Shown one piece after another: positions 1 to 9,267 of a DNA stretch of 64,000 nt (position 1 is the stretch's first letter; the number at the start of each line of letters is the position of its first letter). The stretch comes from Candidatus Bathyarchaeota archaeon (lineage in GTDB: Archaea; Thermoproteota; Bathyarchaeia; 40CM-2-53-6). The notes under the pieces were generated by a model. The model did no database searches. It was not told where the DNA came from and saw only the letters and a program-made list of their open reading frames with translations. The stretch spans positions 195,736-259,735 of the forward strand of contig CAVWAQ010000001.1 in assembly GCA_963753065.1 (NCBI GenBank), given 5' to 3'. Made by a program: the position numbers and the translations under genes.

Positions 1-1
1 G

Positions 2-1069
2 AATGGGACCAAGGTGCTCGCGACAGGTATGGAAGTCACAGTGGACGCGAAGAGGGGAGTCGTATACGAGGGGATCATGCAGGAAGCCATGGCTCCTCAA
101 GTCCAGCAAGTCGCGGCCTCAGGCTCGACCGGATTCTCTGAGGCACCGGTAACTGGAACGAAGGTCCTCGTCAACCTCGGTGAACCGGACCTTGCGGAGA
201 AAGTAGCTCAACTCCCAGCCGACGGGGTCGGTCTTCTACGCATGGAATTCATCGTCAACGACCACATAGGAAAGCATCCGATGTGGCTGATTGAAAACAA
301 GCATCCGGAGGAGTTCGTTGACAAACTCGCGGAAGGGCTCGCGACATTCTGCAGAGCCTTCCATCCAAGACCTGTTGTGCTCAGGTTCAGCGACTTCAAG
401 ACGAACGAGTACGCCAAACTGCAAGGCGGAGAGAAATACGAAGGCGGAATAAAGGAAGCGAATCCGCTGCTCGGATTCAGAGGAGCAAGCCGCTACACCG
501 ATCCAAAGTACGAGCCAGCGTTCAGGCTTGAGATCGCGGCCGTCAAGAAAGTCAGAAACGAAATGGCCCTGAAGAATCTGTGGTGCATGATCCCATTCAA
601 CAGAACGGTCGATGAGTTCGTGAAGATCCGTGAACTACTTCAACGCGAAGGCCTCAAACAAGACGACGACTTCAAACTCTGGATCATGGCAGAAATCCCC
701 AGCAACATAATTCTAGCTGACGAATTCTGCAAAGCAGGAGCAGACGGCTTCTCGATCGGCAGCAACGACCTCACCATGCTCATACTAGGCGCAGACAGAG
801 ACAACGAGATACTGGCACCATTGTTCGATGAGAGGAACCTTGCAGTAAAGCGTGCGATAAAGAGTCTGATAGAGACAGCTCACCAGTACGGCAAGACAGT
901 CAGCATCTGCGGACAAGCTCCAAGCGTATACCCAGAGTTCACAAGATTCCTAGTCGAATCCGGTATCGATAGCGTATCCGTTAACCCCGACGCCGTCGTA
1001 CAAACTAGGAAACTCATAGCACAAGTTGAGCAAAGGATCATCCTCGAAAAGCTCACGCGGCAACACTGA
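2..1069 (+). CDS. ppsA: phosphoenolpyruvate synthase (pyruvate, water dikinase), C-terminal PEP-utilising domain; 5' end lies outside the window
   Basis: The frame is open to the window edge. Motifs GLLRMEFIV, FSIGSNDLTMLILGADRDN and SICGQAPS are typical of the PEP-utiliser TIM-barrel domain. Confidence 0.85.
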   Translation, partial: NGTKVLATGMEVTVDAKRGVVYEGIMQEAMAPQVQQVAASGSTGFSEAPVTGTKVLVNLGEPDLAEKVAQLPADGVGLLRMEFIVNDHIGKHPMWLIENKHPEEFVDKLAEGLATFCRAFHPRPVVLRFSDFKTNEYAKLQGGEKYEGGIKEANPLLGFRGASRYTDPKYEPAFRLEIAAVKKVRNEMALKNLWCMIPFNRTVDEFVKIRELLQREGLKQDDDFKLWIMAEIPSNIILADEFCKAGADGFSIGSNDLTMLILGADRDNEILAPLFDERNLAVKRAIKSLIETAHQYGKTVSICGQAPSVYPEFTRFLVESGIDSVSVNPDAVVQTRKLIAQVEQRIILEKLTRQH

Positions 1070-1205
1070 AGACAACTGCTGAAACGGAACCGTAGAGTCA
1101 CGCCGGGCGAAGAGGGACCCCCTATCGGGGGGCCGGCAAACGGAAAACACACAATAGATATCCACTTAACTGGCTAACTCTCGCAGGATCCGTCGAGGCT
1201 CGTGA

Positions 1206-1625
1206 CTAGTCGTCAGGAATCTCGCGTGTCTCGGACTCTGAATTTGGCCCAGTTGGTTCCAGCGCATTCATGAGGTGTTCGAGGAAACGATCGAGAACGT
1301 TTCTGATATCCTGCTTCGAAACTGAGCCAACGATGCGCTCAACCTCGGTTCCTCCCTGCAGAAACAAGAGCGTCGGGATTCCCATGACCCCGAACCGTTC
1401 GGTCGTGGCAGGGTTCTCGTCGGTGTTCAGCTTTCCAAAAATGACTCTGTCCGCGTATTCTTCCGCAAGCTCCTCGATGACGGGCTCCATAGCCATGCAG
1501 GGACCACACCATGGCGCCCAAAAATCCACCATCATCAGATCGTATCGTTCAACGGCTAGATCGAACCCATCATCAGCAAGAGTCATCGGCTGTGCAACGT
1601 GATCATCATCTGACTCCATGTGCAA
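1206..1625 (-). CDS. trxA: thioredoxin
   Basis: Has the WCGPC active site (DFWAPWCGPCMAMEPV) and a thioredoxin-fold length. The true start may be an internal Met. Confidence 0.85.
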   Translation of the reverse strand: MHMESDDDHVAQPMTLADDGFDLAVERYDLMMVDFWAPWCGPCMAMEPVIEELAEEYADRVIFGKLNTDENPATTERFGVMGIPTLLFLQGGTEVERIVGSVSKQDIRNVLDRFLEHLMNALEPTGPNSESETREIPDD

Positions 1626-1862
1626 TACCTCTGCGATTGGAGCGTACCGTTCGTTGCGCCAGAATAAAAGAAGATCGTCACGGCATCAATCCTTGTCGAG
1701 TTATCGCTTGGTCGAATTATTCAATGTCGGTCAAGTCATATGATAATGAGCGAGGCTCGGCGATCGCTGCTCAATCTCACTCTCCACCAAAGCCTCTCGT
1801 GAAGTTGACAGTTTCGGCCGTGAGAGGGAGCGATCATTTGCACACTGGTTGCACAACACCTT

Positions 1863-2288
1863 ATGCCGTCGCGAAGCTTAACAGTAGCTATGCCGATCAA
1901 GTACTTCCCCGCCTCCGATGTAAAGCACTTGACAGACCGATTAATTCAGGAACTGAACTTCGCCCACATCCCAAGCGAGAGAGTAATCTGCATGAGGAGT
2001 GTTGGGTCAAAATCACGAGGCACCATCGCTAGGGTGCACTCATTCCCGAGAGTCTGGCAGCGGGGCCTTGGCATGAAGGCCCATTATGCAATTGAGGTCA
2101 TCTCTGAACACTTTGACGATCTCTCGACGACAGAACAGGAGAAAGTTGTGATCCACGAGTTGCTTCATATACCGAAGAGTTTCGGCGGCGGATTCCGCCA
2201 CCATAAGGATTGGGTTACGAGGCGTAGAGTCGATCGGCTTCATGCTGCCCTAGTTGCGGATCGTCTGAGGGGCCCAAGCAACGGTTAA
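1863..2288 (+). CDS. putative zinc metallopeptidase (HExxH, archaeal COG4900-like)
   Basis: Carries VIHELLHIPKSFGGGFRHH, an HExxH motif with a downstream His. The start is uncertain. Confidence 0.55.
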   Translation: MPSRSLTVAMPIKYFPASDVKHLTDRLIQELNFAHIPSERVICMRSVGSKSRGTIARVHSFPRVWQRGLGMKAHYAIEVISEHFDDLSTTEQEKVVIHELLHIPKSFGGGFRHHKDWVTRRRVDRLHAALVADRLRGPSNG

Positions 2289-2324
2289 TTCGAGGACACC
2301 TCGTGCGCTAGTCCTCGTAATGCC

Positions 2325-3365
2325 ATGTACGATCTCGAAGAGGCTCGCCTAATCGACGAGATCAAGAAGCGATCACCTCGTCGTGTCCTGCTGCAGTTAC
2401 CGGAGGGACTGAAGCCCCGAGCGGCAAGACTTGCCGAGAAACTCCAGACTGCAACCGGAGCAGAAGTGCTCGTCTCCGGAGATCCATGCTACGGTGCGTG
2501 CGATCTCGCATTGCACCAGATGAAGGAGCTACGCGCAGATCTCTTGATCCACGTAGGCCACGCGGAGATTCCAGACGAATACGTTCACGATGACATAATC
2601 TACGTCGAAGCAAGATCAGATGAGAAGATCGAGAAACCACTCGCCGAGGCCTTGAAACTCCTGAAGGATGAGAAGAACATCGGTTTGGCTGCTTCTGTGC
2701 AGCATTTGCATCTGCTCAAGCTGGCAAAGGAATCACTCGAGCAGGCCGGAAAGACCGTTTGGATAGGGAAAGCGTCAGGACGGCTGAGACACGATGGCCA
2801 GATTCTCGGATGCGACTACGGAAGCGTACTGGCAATCGCGAACAAGGTTGAAGCGTTCGTAGTGATCGCAGCGGGCGACTTCCACGCTCTCGGAGTCTCA
2901 TTATCCACAGGTAAGAGGACGATAGTGGCTGATCCATACCAGCAGACAGCGCGTGATACCACACGTCTTGTCGACAAGATACTGCGGCAGAGATATGCCA
3001 CAATTCTGAAGTTCAAGGAAGCAAAGAGAATCGGTATCGTCGTTGGACTGAAAAGTGGCCAGATGAGTCTGGCGCTCGCAAGAAGATTGAAGACCCTCTT
3101 GGAGCAGAGTGGCAAGAACTGTACACTGATCGCTTCCTCTGAACTGATTCCAGAATCAATAGAGTCGTTCACAGATCTGGATGGGGTCGTGGAGACCGCG
3201 TGCCCGAGAGTTGCGATCGACGACCGAAGTCGCTATCACAAGCCTGTGGTGAATCCGGAAGAGGCGCTAATCGCGGTCGGCAAGAAAAGCTGGGAAGAGT
3301 ACGGCAAGCATACCGAAGAAACATGGGATCGAACGTCTCCTTCAACGAATGAGGCCGCATCCTAG
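2325..3365 (+). CDS. dph2: diphthamide synthesis protein Dph2 (2-(3-amino-3-carboxypropyl)histidine synthase)
   Basis: LLQLPEGLK, GDPCYGACD and the three-domain length match archaeal Dph2. Confidence 0.85.
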   Translation: MYDLEEARLIDEIKKRSPRRVLLQLPEGLKPRAARLAEKLQTATGAEVLVSGDPCYGACDLALHQMKELRADLLIHVGHAEIPDEYVHDDIIYVEARSDEKIEKPLAEALKLLKDEKNIGLAASVQHLHLLKLAKESLEQAGKTVWIGKASGRLRHDGQILGCDYGSVLAIANKVEAFVVIAAGDFHALGVSLSTGKRTIVADPYQQTARDTTRLVDKILRQRYATILKFKEAKRIGIVVGLKSGQMSLALARRLKTLLEQSGKNCTLIASSELIPESIESFTDLDGVVETACPRVAIDDRSRYHKPVVNPEEALIAVGKKSWEEYGKHTEETWDRTSPSTNEAAS

Positions 3366-3930
3366 CCCTCGCATTCGGCTGGAGCAGTACACGACCCCCG
3401 CGGCCATCGCGGCTGACATCCTCTTCCTTGCGGCCTTCGTATACCAAGATATTGTAGGCAAGACCGTGGTTGACCTCGGAGCAGGTACCGGCAGACTTGC
3501 CATAGGCGCCGCCACCCTCGGCGCCCATCAGGTTACGGCAATAGACATCGATCCGGGAGCAATTGAAGTTGCCCGAGAGAACGCGGAGACGGCAATGGCT
3601 GACATAGACTGGATAGTCGGGGATCTGGAGGCGATCCACGGTGAATTCGACACTGTCATAATGAATCCACCTTTTGGAACAAAGCAGAGGCACATTGACA
3701 AGGTCTTCCTGGGAAAAGCCATCCAGCTTGGGGATGTGGTCTATTCCTTGCACAAGTCAGCTACGCGGGAGCACATCTCGCGTTACTTGAGGCAACACGG
3801 ATGCAAGGTACGTGCCATCCACGAATACACGCTAGACATCCCAATGATGTTCGAGCATCATAGGAAGCGGAAGCATCCTGTCAAGGTTGACTGCTATCGA
3901 GTGGAGACAAAGGCAAGCCCCAATAGCTAG
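3349..3930 (+). CDS. METTL5-like N6-adenine RNA methyltransferase (COG2263)
   Basis: Has the SAM motif VVDLGAGTGRLAIGA and the catalytic NPPFG motif. It overlaps the dph2 stop. Confidence 0.7.
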   Translation: MRPHPSPRIRLEQYTTPAAIAADILFLAAFVYQDIVGKTVVDLGAGTGRLAIGAATLGAHQVTAIDIDPGAIEVARENAETAMADIDWIVGDLEAIHGEFDTVIMNPPFGTKQRHIDKVFLGKAIQLGDVVYSLHKSATREHISRYLRQHGCKVRAIHEYTLDIPMMFEHHRKRKHPVKVDCYRVETKASPNS

Positions 3931-4018
3931 ACCTTCTGGGGATTGTCCCTGCTTATATACGGCCGTTCTTATTATGGAACAAAGCTTCAGTTGAGCTAAC
4001 CTCTCCATCCAAAGACCC

Positions 4019-4648
4019 ATGAGAACAAGCAAGGTTCAATCAGAAATGCCTGCAAGAGATTTTCGTAAGCCACAATTTGTCGTTCCCGGAGAGGACCTAT
4101 GCGTTGCCGAGGAGTTCTCACCAGGTCCCGGCACATACGAGAGTGGCGGCGTAGTCTATTCTCACCTTACTGGTGAAAGGGTGGCGGATCTCAAGGAGAG
4201 AAAAGTGAGCGTTGTTGCGAAGGGCAGGATTCCGGTAATGCCGACGGATGGCTCAACGATAATCGGCGAAGTCTCAAACGGCCATGACAAGTCCGCTATC
4301 ATCAGCATATACAAGGTTGACTCGGAAACCCTCGGCAGACCGTTCACAGGCATCCTTCATATTTCCTCGTCAAGTCCAAGGTACGAGCGGAGCATGGAAG
4401 ATGTCTGTAAGACAGGTGACATGATTAGAGCCAAGGTCTTCAACGATAAGAACAGGATTCCAGAGCTGACAACGGCCGGCAGAGGGCTTGGTGTAATCCG
4501 AGCATATTGTTCAAGATGCGGCGGATTGCTTGTCGTGACAAACCGCAGGCTACAATGTCGTGAGTGCGGCAACGTGGAGCATAGGCGCTTGGCCGATGAC
4601 TACGTAGGAAACGAGGTAGGTACTGTTGAATCTCAAAGTTCTAGCTAG
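4019..4648 (+). CDS. csl4: exosome complex RNA-binding protein Csl4
   Basis: S1-like core plus a C-terminal zinc ribbon (CSRCGGLL...CRECG). The dph2/methylase/rpoL context is typical. Confidence 0.8.
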   Translation: MRTSKVQSEMPARDFRKPQFVVPGEDLCVAEEFSPGPGTYESGGVVYSHLTGERVADLKERKVSVVAKGRIPVMPTDGSTIIGEVSNGHDKSAIISIYKVDSETLGRPFTGILHISSSSPRYERSMEDVCKTGDMIRAKVFNDKNRIPELTTAGRGLGVIRAYCSRCGGLLVVTNRRLQCRECGNVEHRRLADDYVGNEVGTVESQSSS

Positions 4649-4910
4649 ATCGAAGAACGAGTTGAAGCTCGAGCTTCAAGGGGAAGGGCACACTTTCTGC
4701 AATCTGCTACAGTGGATACTGCTTCAGGACAAGGGCGTTGACATGGCAGGATACGACGTTCCACACCCTCTGCTCCCGAACGCAATTCTGTACATACGGA
4801 CAAAACGAGAGTCATCTCCCGAGAAGGCACTGACGCGAGCCTTGGCAAAGGTAGGCGAGATGAGCAACGAGTTCATGGAAAAACTCGACAAAGCCGCCGT
4901 TCCAAGCTGA
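4626..4910 (+). CDS. rpoL: DNA-directed RNA polymerase subunit L (Rpo11)
   Basis: ELKLELQGEGHTFCNLLQWIL...DVPHPLL is the typical RpoL/Rpb11 signature. Confidence 0.85.
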   Translation: MNLKVLARSKNELKLELQGEGHTFCNLLQWILLQDKGVDMAGYDVPHPLLPNAILYIRTKRESSPEKALTRALAKVGEMSNEFMEKLDKAAVPS

Positions 4911-4926
4911 TCCGAACAGATCGCAG

Positions 4927-5292
4927 CTGAAGCTTATTCTCACGGATTCGAAACTGGCCAAACTAGGCGACGCATACGTAAACTTCGTCTTCTCACTCGG
5001 CAGATCAAAAGCTCTTGAAGAGCCACAGGGCATCAAAGTCAGCGATAGAATTCTCGCGGAAGCTCTCAGAAAATCTGGACTGAGGCAAGACCTACCGCAT
5101 CGTACGACTCGTCAGGACTGCGCGAACGCGGTTGAGGCTCTCCTCGTGTACGGCTACCTGAATAAGCTGGTTTCGCTAGAGGAAACGGTCGAGCAAATAG
5201 CAGCTGCACCAGATTCCCCCGTCGATGTCTTCGTTCAGCTGATCAAGGCGGTTGCGGAGAAGATCGAAGACGGGAAGTCCGATCCCGAATGA
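4927..5292 (+). CDS. archaeal RNase III-like small protein (candidate); no canonical start codon in the open frame
   Basis: An open frame from 4864 to 5292 fills the gap between rpoL and the DUF99 gene. It translates to LILTDSKLAKLGDAYVNFVFSL...EALLVYGYL, with an LGDAY motif like the RNase III signature. It is missing from the ORF track because there is no ATG/GTG/TTG; CTG 4927 or ATT 4936 are possible starts. Confidence 0.45.
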   Translation: MKLILTDSKLAKLGDAYVNFVFSLGRSKALEEPQGIKVSDRILAEALRKSGLRQDLPHRTTRQDCANAVEALLVYGYLNKLVSLEETVEQIAAAPDSPVDVFVQLIKAVAEKIEDGKSDPE

Positions 5293-5855
5293 TCAAGAAA
5301 GAGGTTCGTGTTCTCGGAATAGCTTCCACTTCGCCCCATCAGAGAGATGGCGCTTCGACTCATGTTGTTGGTGTTGTGTACAGGGGAAACCGTTGGCTTG
5401 AGGGCGTCATGCGAACGGTCATACCACGGGAACAATCGAACTTGACTACCGAGACAGCCAGGATGGTAACCAGATCCCCACACTTACCTCAACTCAGAGT
5501 CATCGTCCTGGACGAATTGATCACCCGGTCCGGAAGCTACATTGACATCAAGGCCCTCAGCAAGAAGACGAGACTTCCAACAGTGGCTGTTCTTCGAAGG
5601 GAGATCCCGACCAAACGTCTTTCGAAGAATCGCGCAAGAAATCAACGGGCACTCGAAACGCTTGCCGGTCTACCCTGCAGAAAGTGGAAGGCCGCGGGCA
5701 AGACATACTTCGTCTACTCAGCAGGCATGGGCGGGGTCGACCTCGATGAGCTTCTCGAAGTCTGTGCCTCAAGGGAAGGTCTCCCAGAGGCGGCTAGGGT
5801 TGCGAGGATTACGGCTTCTTCGCTTCAGAAGTTCCTAGCCGGACACGTGCCCTAA
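5289..5855 (+). CDS. DUF99 / UPF0215 family protein (EndoV-like fold)
   Basis: N-terminus KKEVRVLGIASTS...VVGVVYRG resembles the archaeal DUF99 family. The ATG overlaps the preceding stop (ATGA). Confidence 0.6.
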   Translation: MIKKEVRVLGIASTSPHQRDGASTHVVGVVYRGNRWLEGVMRTVIPREQSNLTTETARMVTRSPHLPQLRVIVLDELITRSGSYIDIKALSKKTRLPTVAVLRREIPTKRLSKNRARNQRALETLAGLPCRKWKAAGKTYFVYSAGMGGVDLDELLEVCASREGLPEAARVARITASSLQKFLAGHVP

Positions 5856-5913
5856 GGAAATGATCTGACTTTGCTCGTATCCACGGCTTCCTCTGAATGT
5901 TTTAATAGAGACA

Positions 5914-6267
5914 GTGAGTCTCTCGGTGGCGGATCGGCGAAAATTGAGATTCTGTCCAAAGTGCGGATCGAGGCTCGTACCCGTCAAGAAGGCCAAGTCG
6001 ATTGTGCTGAGCTGCCCTGGTTGCGAATACGAGACTAGGAAACCCGAAAGGAGCATCCAACCGGTCAAACCCGAGAAGGAGAATATCATCGTCATCGGCA
6101 GAGAAGAGCAGAAGATCAGGACTCTGCCCAAGATGAAGGTCGAATGTCCCAAGTGCGGCCACATGGAGGCCTTCTACTGGCTAGTGCAAACCCGCGGCGC
6201 CGACGAGTCATCCACTCAATTCTTCAGATGCGCAAGCTGCGGAACCACCTGGCGAGAGACTTCGTAG
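5914..6267 (+). CDS. tfs: transcription factor S (TFS / RpoM-like)
   Basis: N-terminal CPKCG zinc ribbon plus a TFIIS-type C-terminal ribbon: CPKCGHMEAFYWLVQTRGADESSTQFFRCASCGTTWRE. Confidence 0.85.
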   Translation: MSLSVADRRKLRFCPKCGSRLVPVKKAKSIVLSCPGCEYETRKPERSIQPVKPEKENIIVIGREEQKIRTLPKMKVECPKCGHMEAFYWLVQTRGADESSTQFFRCASCGTTWRETS

Positions 6268-6454
6268 AACCGTGAGCCTACAGCCAGCGATAGCTAGGCG
6301 ATCCAAACCAGCGGATGCAGGGACAAGAGTAAGAGTACTACATGTTCAGTCATGGTCACCGGCCGAATCGCCGTTTTCCGCTTTTCCGTGAAGGTCTATT
6401 TGTGAGATCAGCGAGCAAAGTAAGCGTCTAACTCAACAGGAAGGGCAAGGATTC

Positions 6455-6901
6455 ATGAACCTGGAAGAGGAAGCGAAACTGAACTTCAACTCTGGCTACA
6501 ATTGCGCCGAATCAGTCACACTAGTCGTGAGCAAGCAACTAGGTCGGATGAAGCCGAGCTCCATGTCTTGCGTTCCACGAATAGCCACGGGTTTTGGGGG
6601 TGGTGTCGCACGAAATGGCGACATCTGTGGAGCCCTGGCAGGAGGCATAATGGCAATCAGTTTGGCCTTGGGACGCGACAAGCCGTACGAAAGTCGAGAT
6701 CCGTGCTATGATGCCGCCGACCGTTTCTACAACGAGTTCGTGAAGGCTTTTGGCTCAAGTAAGTGTCGCGAACTCACGGGACTCGACCTGAAGAACCCTG
6801 AACAGAGAGAAACCTACCAGAACAGGATTCACGTGGAGCGCTGCAACCCCATCGTGGCTTGGTCCGCAAAGAGGGCCTACGAGATTATCCAGAAGCCGTG
6901 A
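6455..6901 (+). CDS. C_GCAxxG_C_C family protein
   Basis: YNCAESV and DICGALAGG motifs at the family's characteristic spacing. Confidence 0.7.
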   Translation: MNLEEEAKLNFNSGYNCAESVTLVVSKQLGRMKPSSMSCVPRIATGFGGGVARNGDICGALAGGIMAISLALGRDKPYESRDPCYDAADRFYNEFVKAFGSSKCRELTGLDLKNPEQRETYQNRIHVERCNPIVAWSAKRAYEIIQKP

Positions 6902-6993
6902 GGGTCAGAACGCCCCCTCGGCTTAATAACCCAACAGAAACCGAGTGTTAAACATAAATCACTACGAGCGCACGTTAGGGCAGGGATCGCATA

Positions 6994-7749
6994 GTGTTCA
7001 AAGCATCCGTGAGTGACGCAAAACTCTGGAAGAACCTCTTGGCTGCTATATCGACTCTGATTGAGGAAGCAGATTTCAACGCGACGCCGGATGGTATCAA
7101 GCTTCGGTCGATGGACCCATCTCATGTCGCGATGGTTGATTTTGAATGGCAGAAGACGGCGTTCGAAGAGTACACGTGCCAAGAGCCGACAAAGATCCGC
7201 GTGAACATTGCATCGATGTTGAAACTGCTGAGACGCGTCGGAAGTGATGAAATCCTTGAGATGCTCTATGACGAGAAGACGCGCAAGCTGAACTTGACTC
7301 TCAAGGGGAAGATGATGCGCAAGTTCACAATACCCACGCTCGATCCTGCACAGGAAGAGGTGCCGACCCCCAAGATCACGTTCAATTCCAAAATCAAGTT
7401 GACCACGTCAACTTTCAGGGACATCATCGAAGACGTGCAAGCCGTCAGCGACAATGTCAGACTCGAAACTACGCCTGAGAAACTGATCGCCGCAGCCACA
7501 ACTGAGCTCAGCAGCGCCGTCATCGAGCTTGAGAAGACAAGCGAGATGCTCATTGAACTCGACGTGAAGGAGCCCTCTAAGGCAACGTTCAATCTGAATT
7601 ATCTCTCGGAGATAACAAAGGCGGGCGCCTCTGCTGCGGAGATCGTGACGGTTGAGTTCTCCAGCAATATGCCGATCAGACTAGAGTTCGATATCCCCCA
7701 ACAAGGTCGGCTCTCGTACTATCTGGCTCCAAGGATTGAGGCTGAATAG
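6994..7749 (+). CDS. pcn: DNA polymerase sliding clamp PCNA
   Basis: 251 aa with a GTG start. LIEEADFNATPDGIKLRSMDPSHVAMVDF is typical of archaeal PCNA. Confidence 0.9.
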   Translation: MFKASVSDAKLWKNLLAAISTLIEEADFNATPDGIKLRSMDPSHVAMVDFEWQKTAFEEYTCQEPTKIRVNIASMLKLLRRVGSDEILEMLYDEKTRKLNLTLKGKMMRKFTIPTLDPAQEEVPTPKITFNSKIKLTTSTFRDIIEDVQAVSDNVRLETTPEKLIAAATTELSSAVIELEKTSEMLIELDVKEPSKATFNLNYLSEITKAGASAAEIVTVEFSSNMPIRLEFDIPQQGRLSYYLAPRIEAE

Positions 7750-7778
7750 GGTAGGAGCCTCTTTCGCATCCCAGCAGA

Positions 7779-7928
7779 CTAGACCTGGGACTTTCCGCAC
7801 TTCTCGCAGAAGGCGTCTTTCTGAGAGATCACGGCGCCACAGAACTTGCACTTGTGCAACTGTAGGAAACTCTGGAGAATCTTGTCAACTCTATCCGCCG
7901 AACCCAACAGATCGCTTCCCATCGGCAT
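7779..7928 (-). CDS. small zinc-ribbon protein (hypothetical)
   Basis: C-terminal CKFCGAVISQKDAFCEKCG (CxxC-x9-CxxC). The start was taken at the internal Met of the 62-aa ORF. There is no other support. Confidence 0.3.
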   Translation of the reverse strand: MPMGSDLLGSADRVDKILQSFLQLHKCKFCGAVISQKDAFCEKCGKSQV

Positions 7929-8098
7929 TTGCTGGTCAGCTCCCTTTCCCGTACTGCTACATAACACGCGGAATAGTGTCTATAAGCTCGCTGGGCGACT
8001 AGGATGGCCAGCTTGGCGACCGCGACTATCCGAGAGAGTAAAGAAATGGAGAATTCATCCACTCTAGACCCTCCAAGCATAACTACAAGCCCAGTGAT

Positions 8099-9217
8099 GT
8101 GCAGGGGCGCTGCGGGACCGGCTGGTGCCATTGCTTGACGGCGGTCTTGACGAAGCTGGATCATGCGAAGTATCCGTTTACAAATGAGGCGGCAGAATAC
8201 GTCAAGAGCCTGAACATTGACATCAACGATCTCACCGGCGAGGAATTCTCTGTTGTGCTGGATTTAGCCGAGAAGAGAATCATCGGTGCATTGACAGCCG
8301 GGAGGATCGATTCTGAGCCTCAAGGTGAGCCCGAAATACTGGCGTACCCGACGGCGTTGATGTTCATGGCTCTAGCTGGCGACGAGAGAGCTCGAAGGAG
8401 ATACGCCTTGGGCGAGTCAAAGCGAGCCTACGAGCTGCTCAGGCAAGAGTCGCCAGAGTTGCTGATACAGATCGCCGAGCACACGTTTGGCTGGAATGCT
8501 AGAATCGCCAACAGGGAGATTGGCGAAGCCCTCTACGAATTCGGTCTTTCTTATCCTGATTATCTGAGAAATGCTGTGAAGATACGGGATCCCGACTGGA
8601 AGCTCACGAACAGAGTATTGGAACAGGGATACGTGTACTGCGACAAAGGTGAGTTTGCGAGACTCTTGAAGGAGGAAGTTGAAGCCCGAGTCTTGTCACG
8701 AATCACGGGTCAATATGGGTCTGTGCCAGAAGCTATCACCCCGAGAGTTGAGAGAATCCGGAAACTGGTGGTCGCTAGGGCGCAGATGTATGGTGTAGAG
8801 GAGACTCCCAAGGTGGTATTGGCTGCTGCGATGCCTCCATGCATGAAGGCTTTGCTCTCAAATCTCTCGACTGGGAAACACATTCCTCACATAGGAAGAT
8901 TTGCTATGACCTCATTCCTGAGCAACATCGGAGTTACAGACGAGGAGATCATCAGAATGTTTCGCTCTCAAAGCGATTTCAGTGACAGGATAGCAAGATA
9001 TCAAGTCGAACACATTTCGGGAAGCAGAGGCGGCAAAAAGAAATATACTCCACCTAGCTGCAAGACGATGAAAACACACAGCATTTGCATCAACCCAGAC
9101 CAGTTATGCGCTACCATCGCCCATCCGCTGTCATACTACCGAAAGAAAGCAAGGATGATTGCAGCGACGGCAAGGAGACAAAGAACAATGCAAGCCCCGA
9201 AGCCCGCCTCCTCATAG
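8099..9217 (+). CDS. priL: DNA primase large subunit PriL
   Basis: Four Cys residues in the C-terminal domain (PPCMKAL ... PPSCKTMKTHSICINPDQLC) fit the PriL Fe-S domain. The likely true start is TTG 8147 (LTKLDHAKYPF). Confidence 0.8.
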   Translation: MQGRCGTGWCHCLTAVLTKLDHAKYPFTNEAAEYVKSLNIDINDLTGEEFSVVLDLAEKRIIGALTAGRIDSEPQGEPEILAYPTALMFMALAGDERARRRYALGESKRAYELLRQESPELLIQIAEHTFGWNARIANREIGEALYEFGLSYPDYLRNAVKIRDPDWKLTNRVLEQGYVYCDKGEFARLLKEEVEARVLSRITGQYGSVPEAITPRVERIRKLVVARAQMYGVEETPKVVLAAAMPPCMKALLSNLSTGKHIPHIGRFAMTSFLSNIGVTDEEIIRMFRSQSDFSDRIARYQVEHISGSRGGKKKYTPPSCKTMKTHSICINPDQLCATIAHPLSYYRKKARMIAATARRQRTMQAPKPASS

Positions 9218-9267
9218 AACCTCGGTGAAAGAATACACGTATTCCCATTCATGACTAGTGATAGCGT

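Noticed and set aside
1100-1145. A GC-rich hairpin (GACCCCC-TATC-GGGGGGCC) between the convergent ppsA and trx genes, considered as a terminator.
   Set aside because: Archaeal termination relies mainly on oligo-T tracts and none is adjacent. It may merely stabilise the 3' end, so it is not reported as a feature.
1270-2032. ORFs of 110 and 173 aa on the plus strand over and beyond the thioredoxin gene.
   Set aside because: They are antisense to or overlap a clear thioredoxin CDS, are Ser/Arg-rich with low complexity, and show no motifs.
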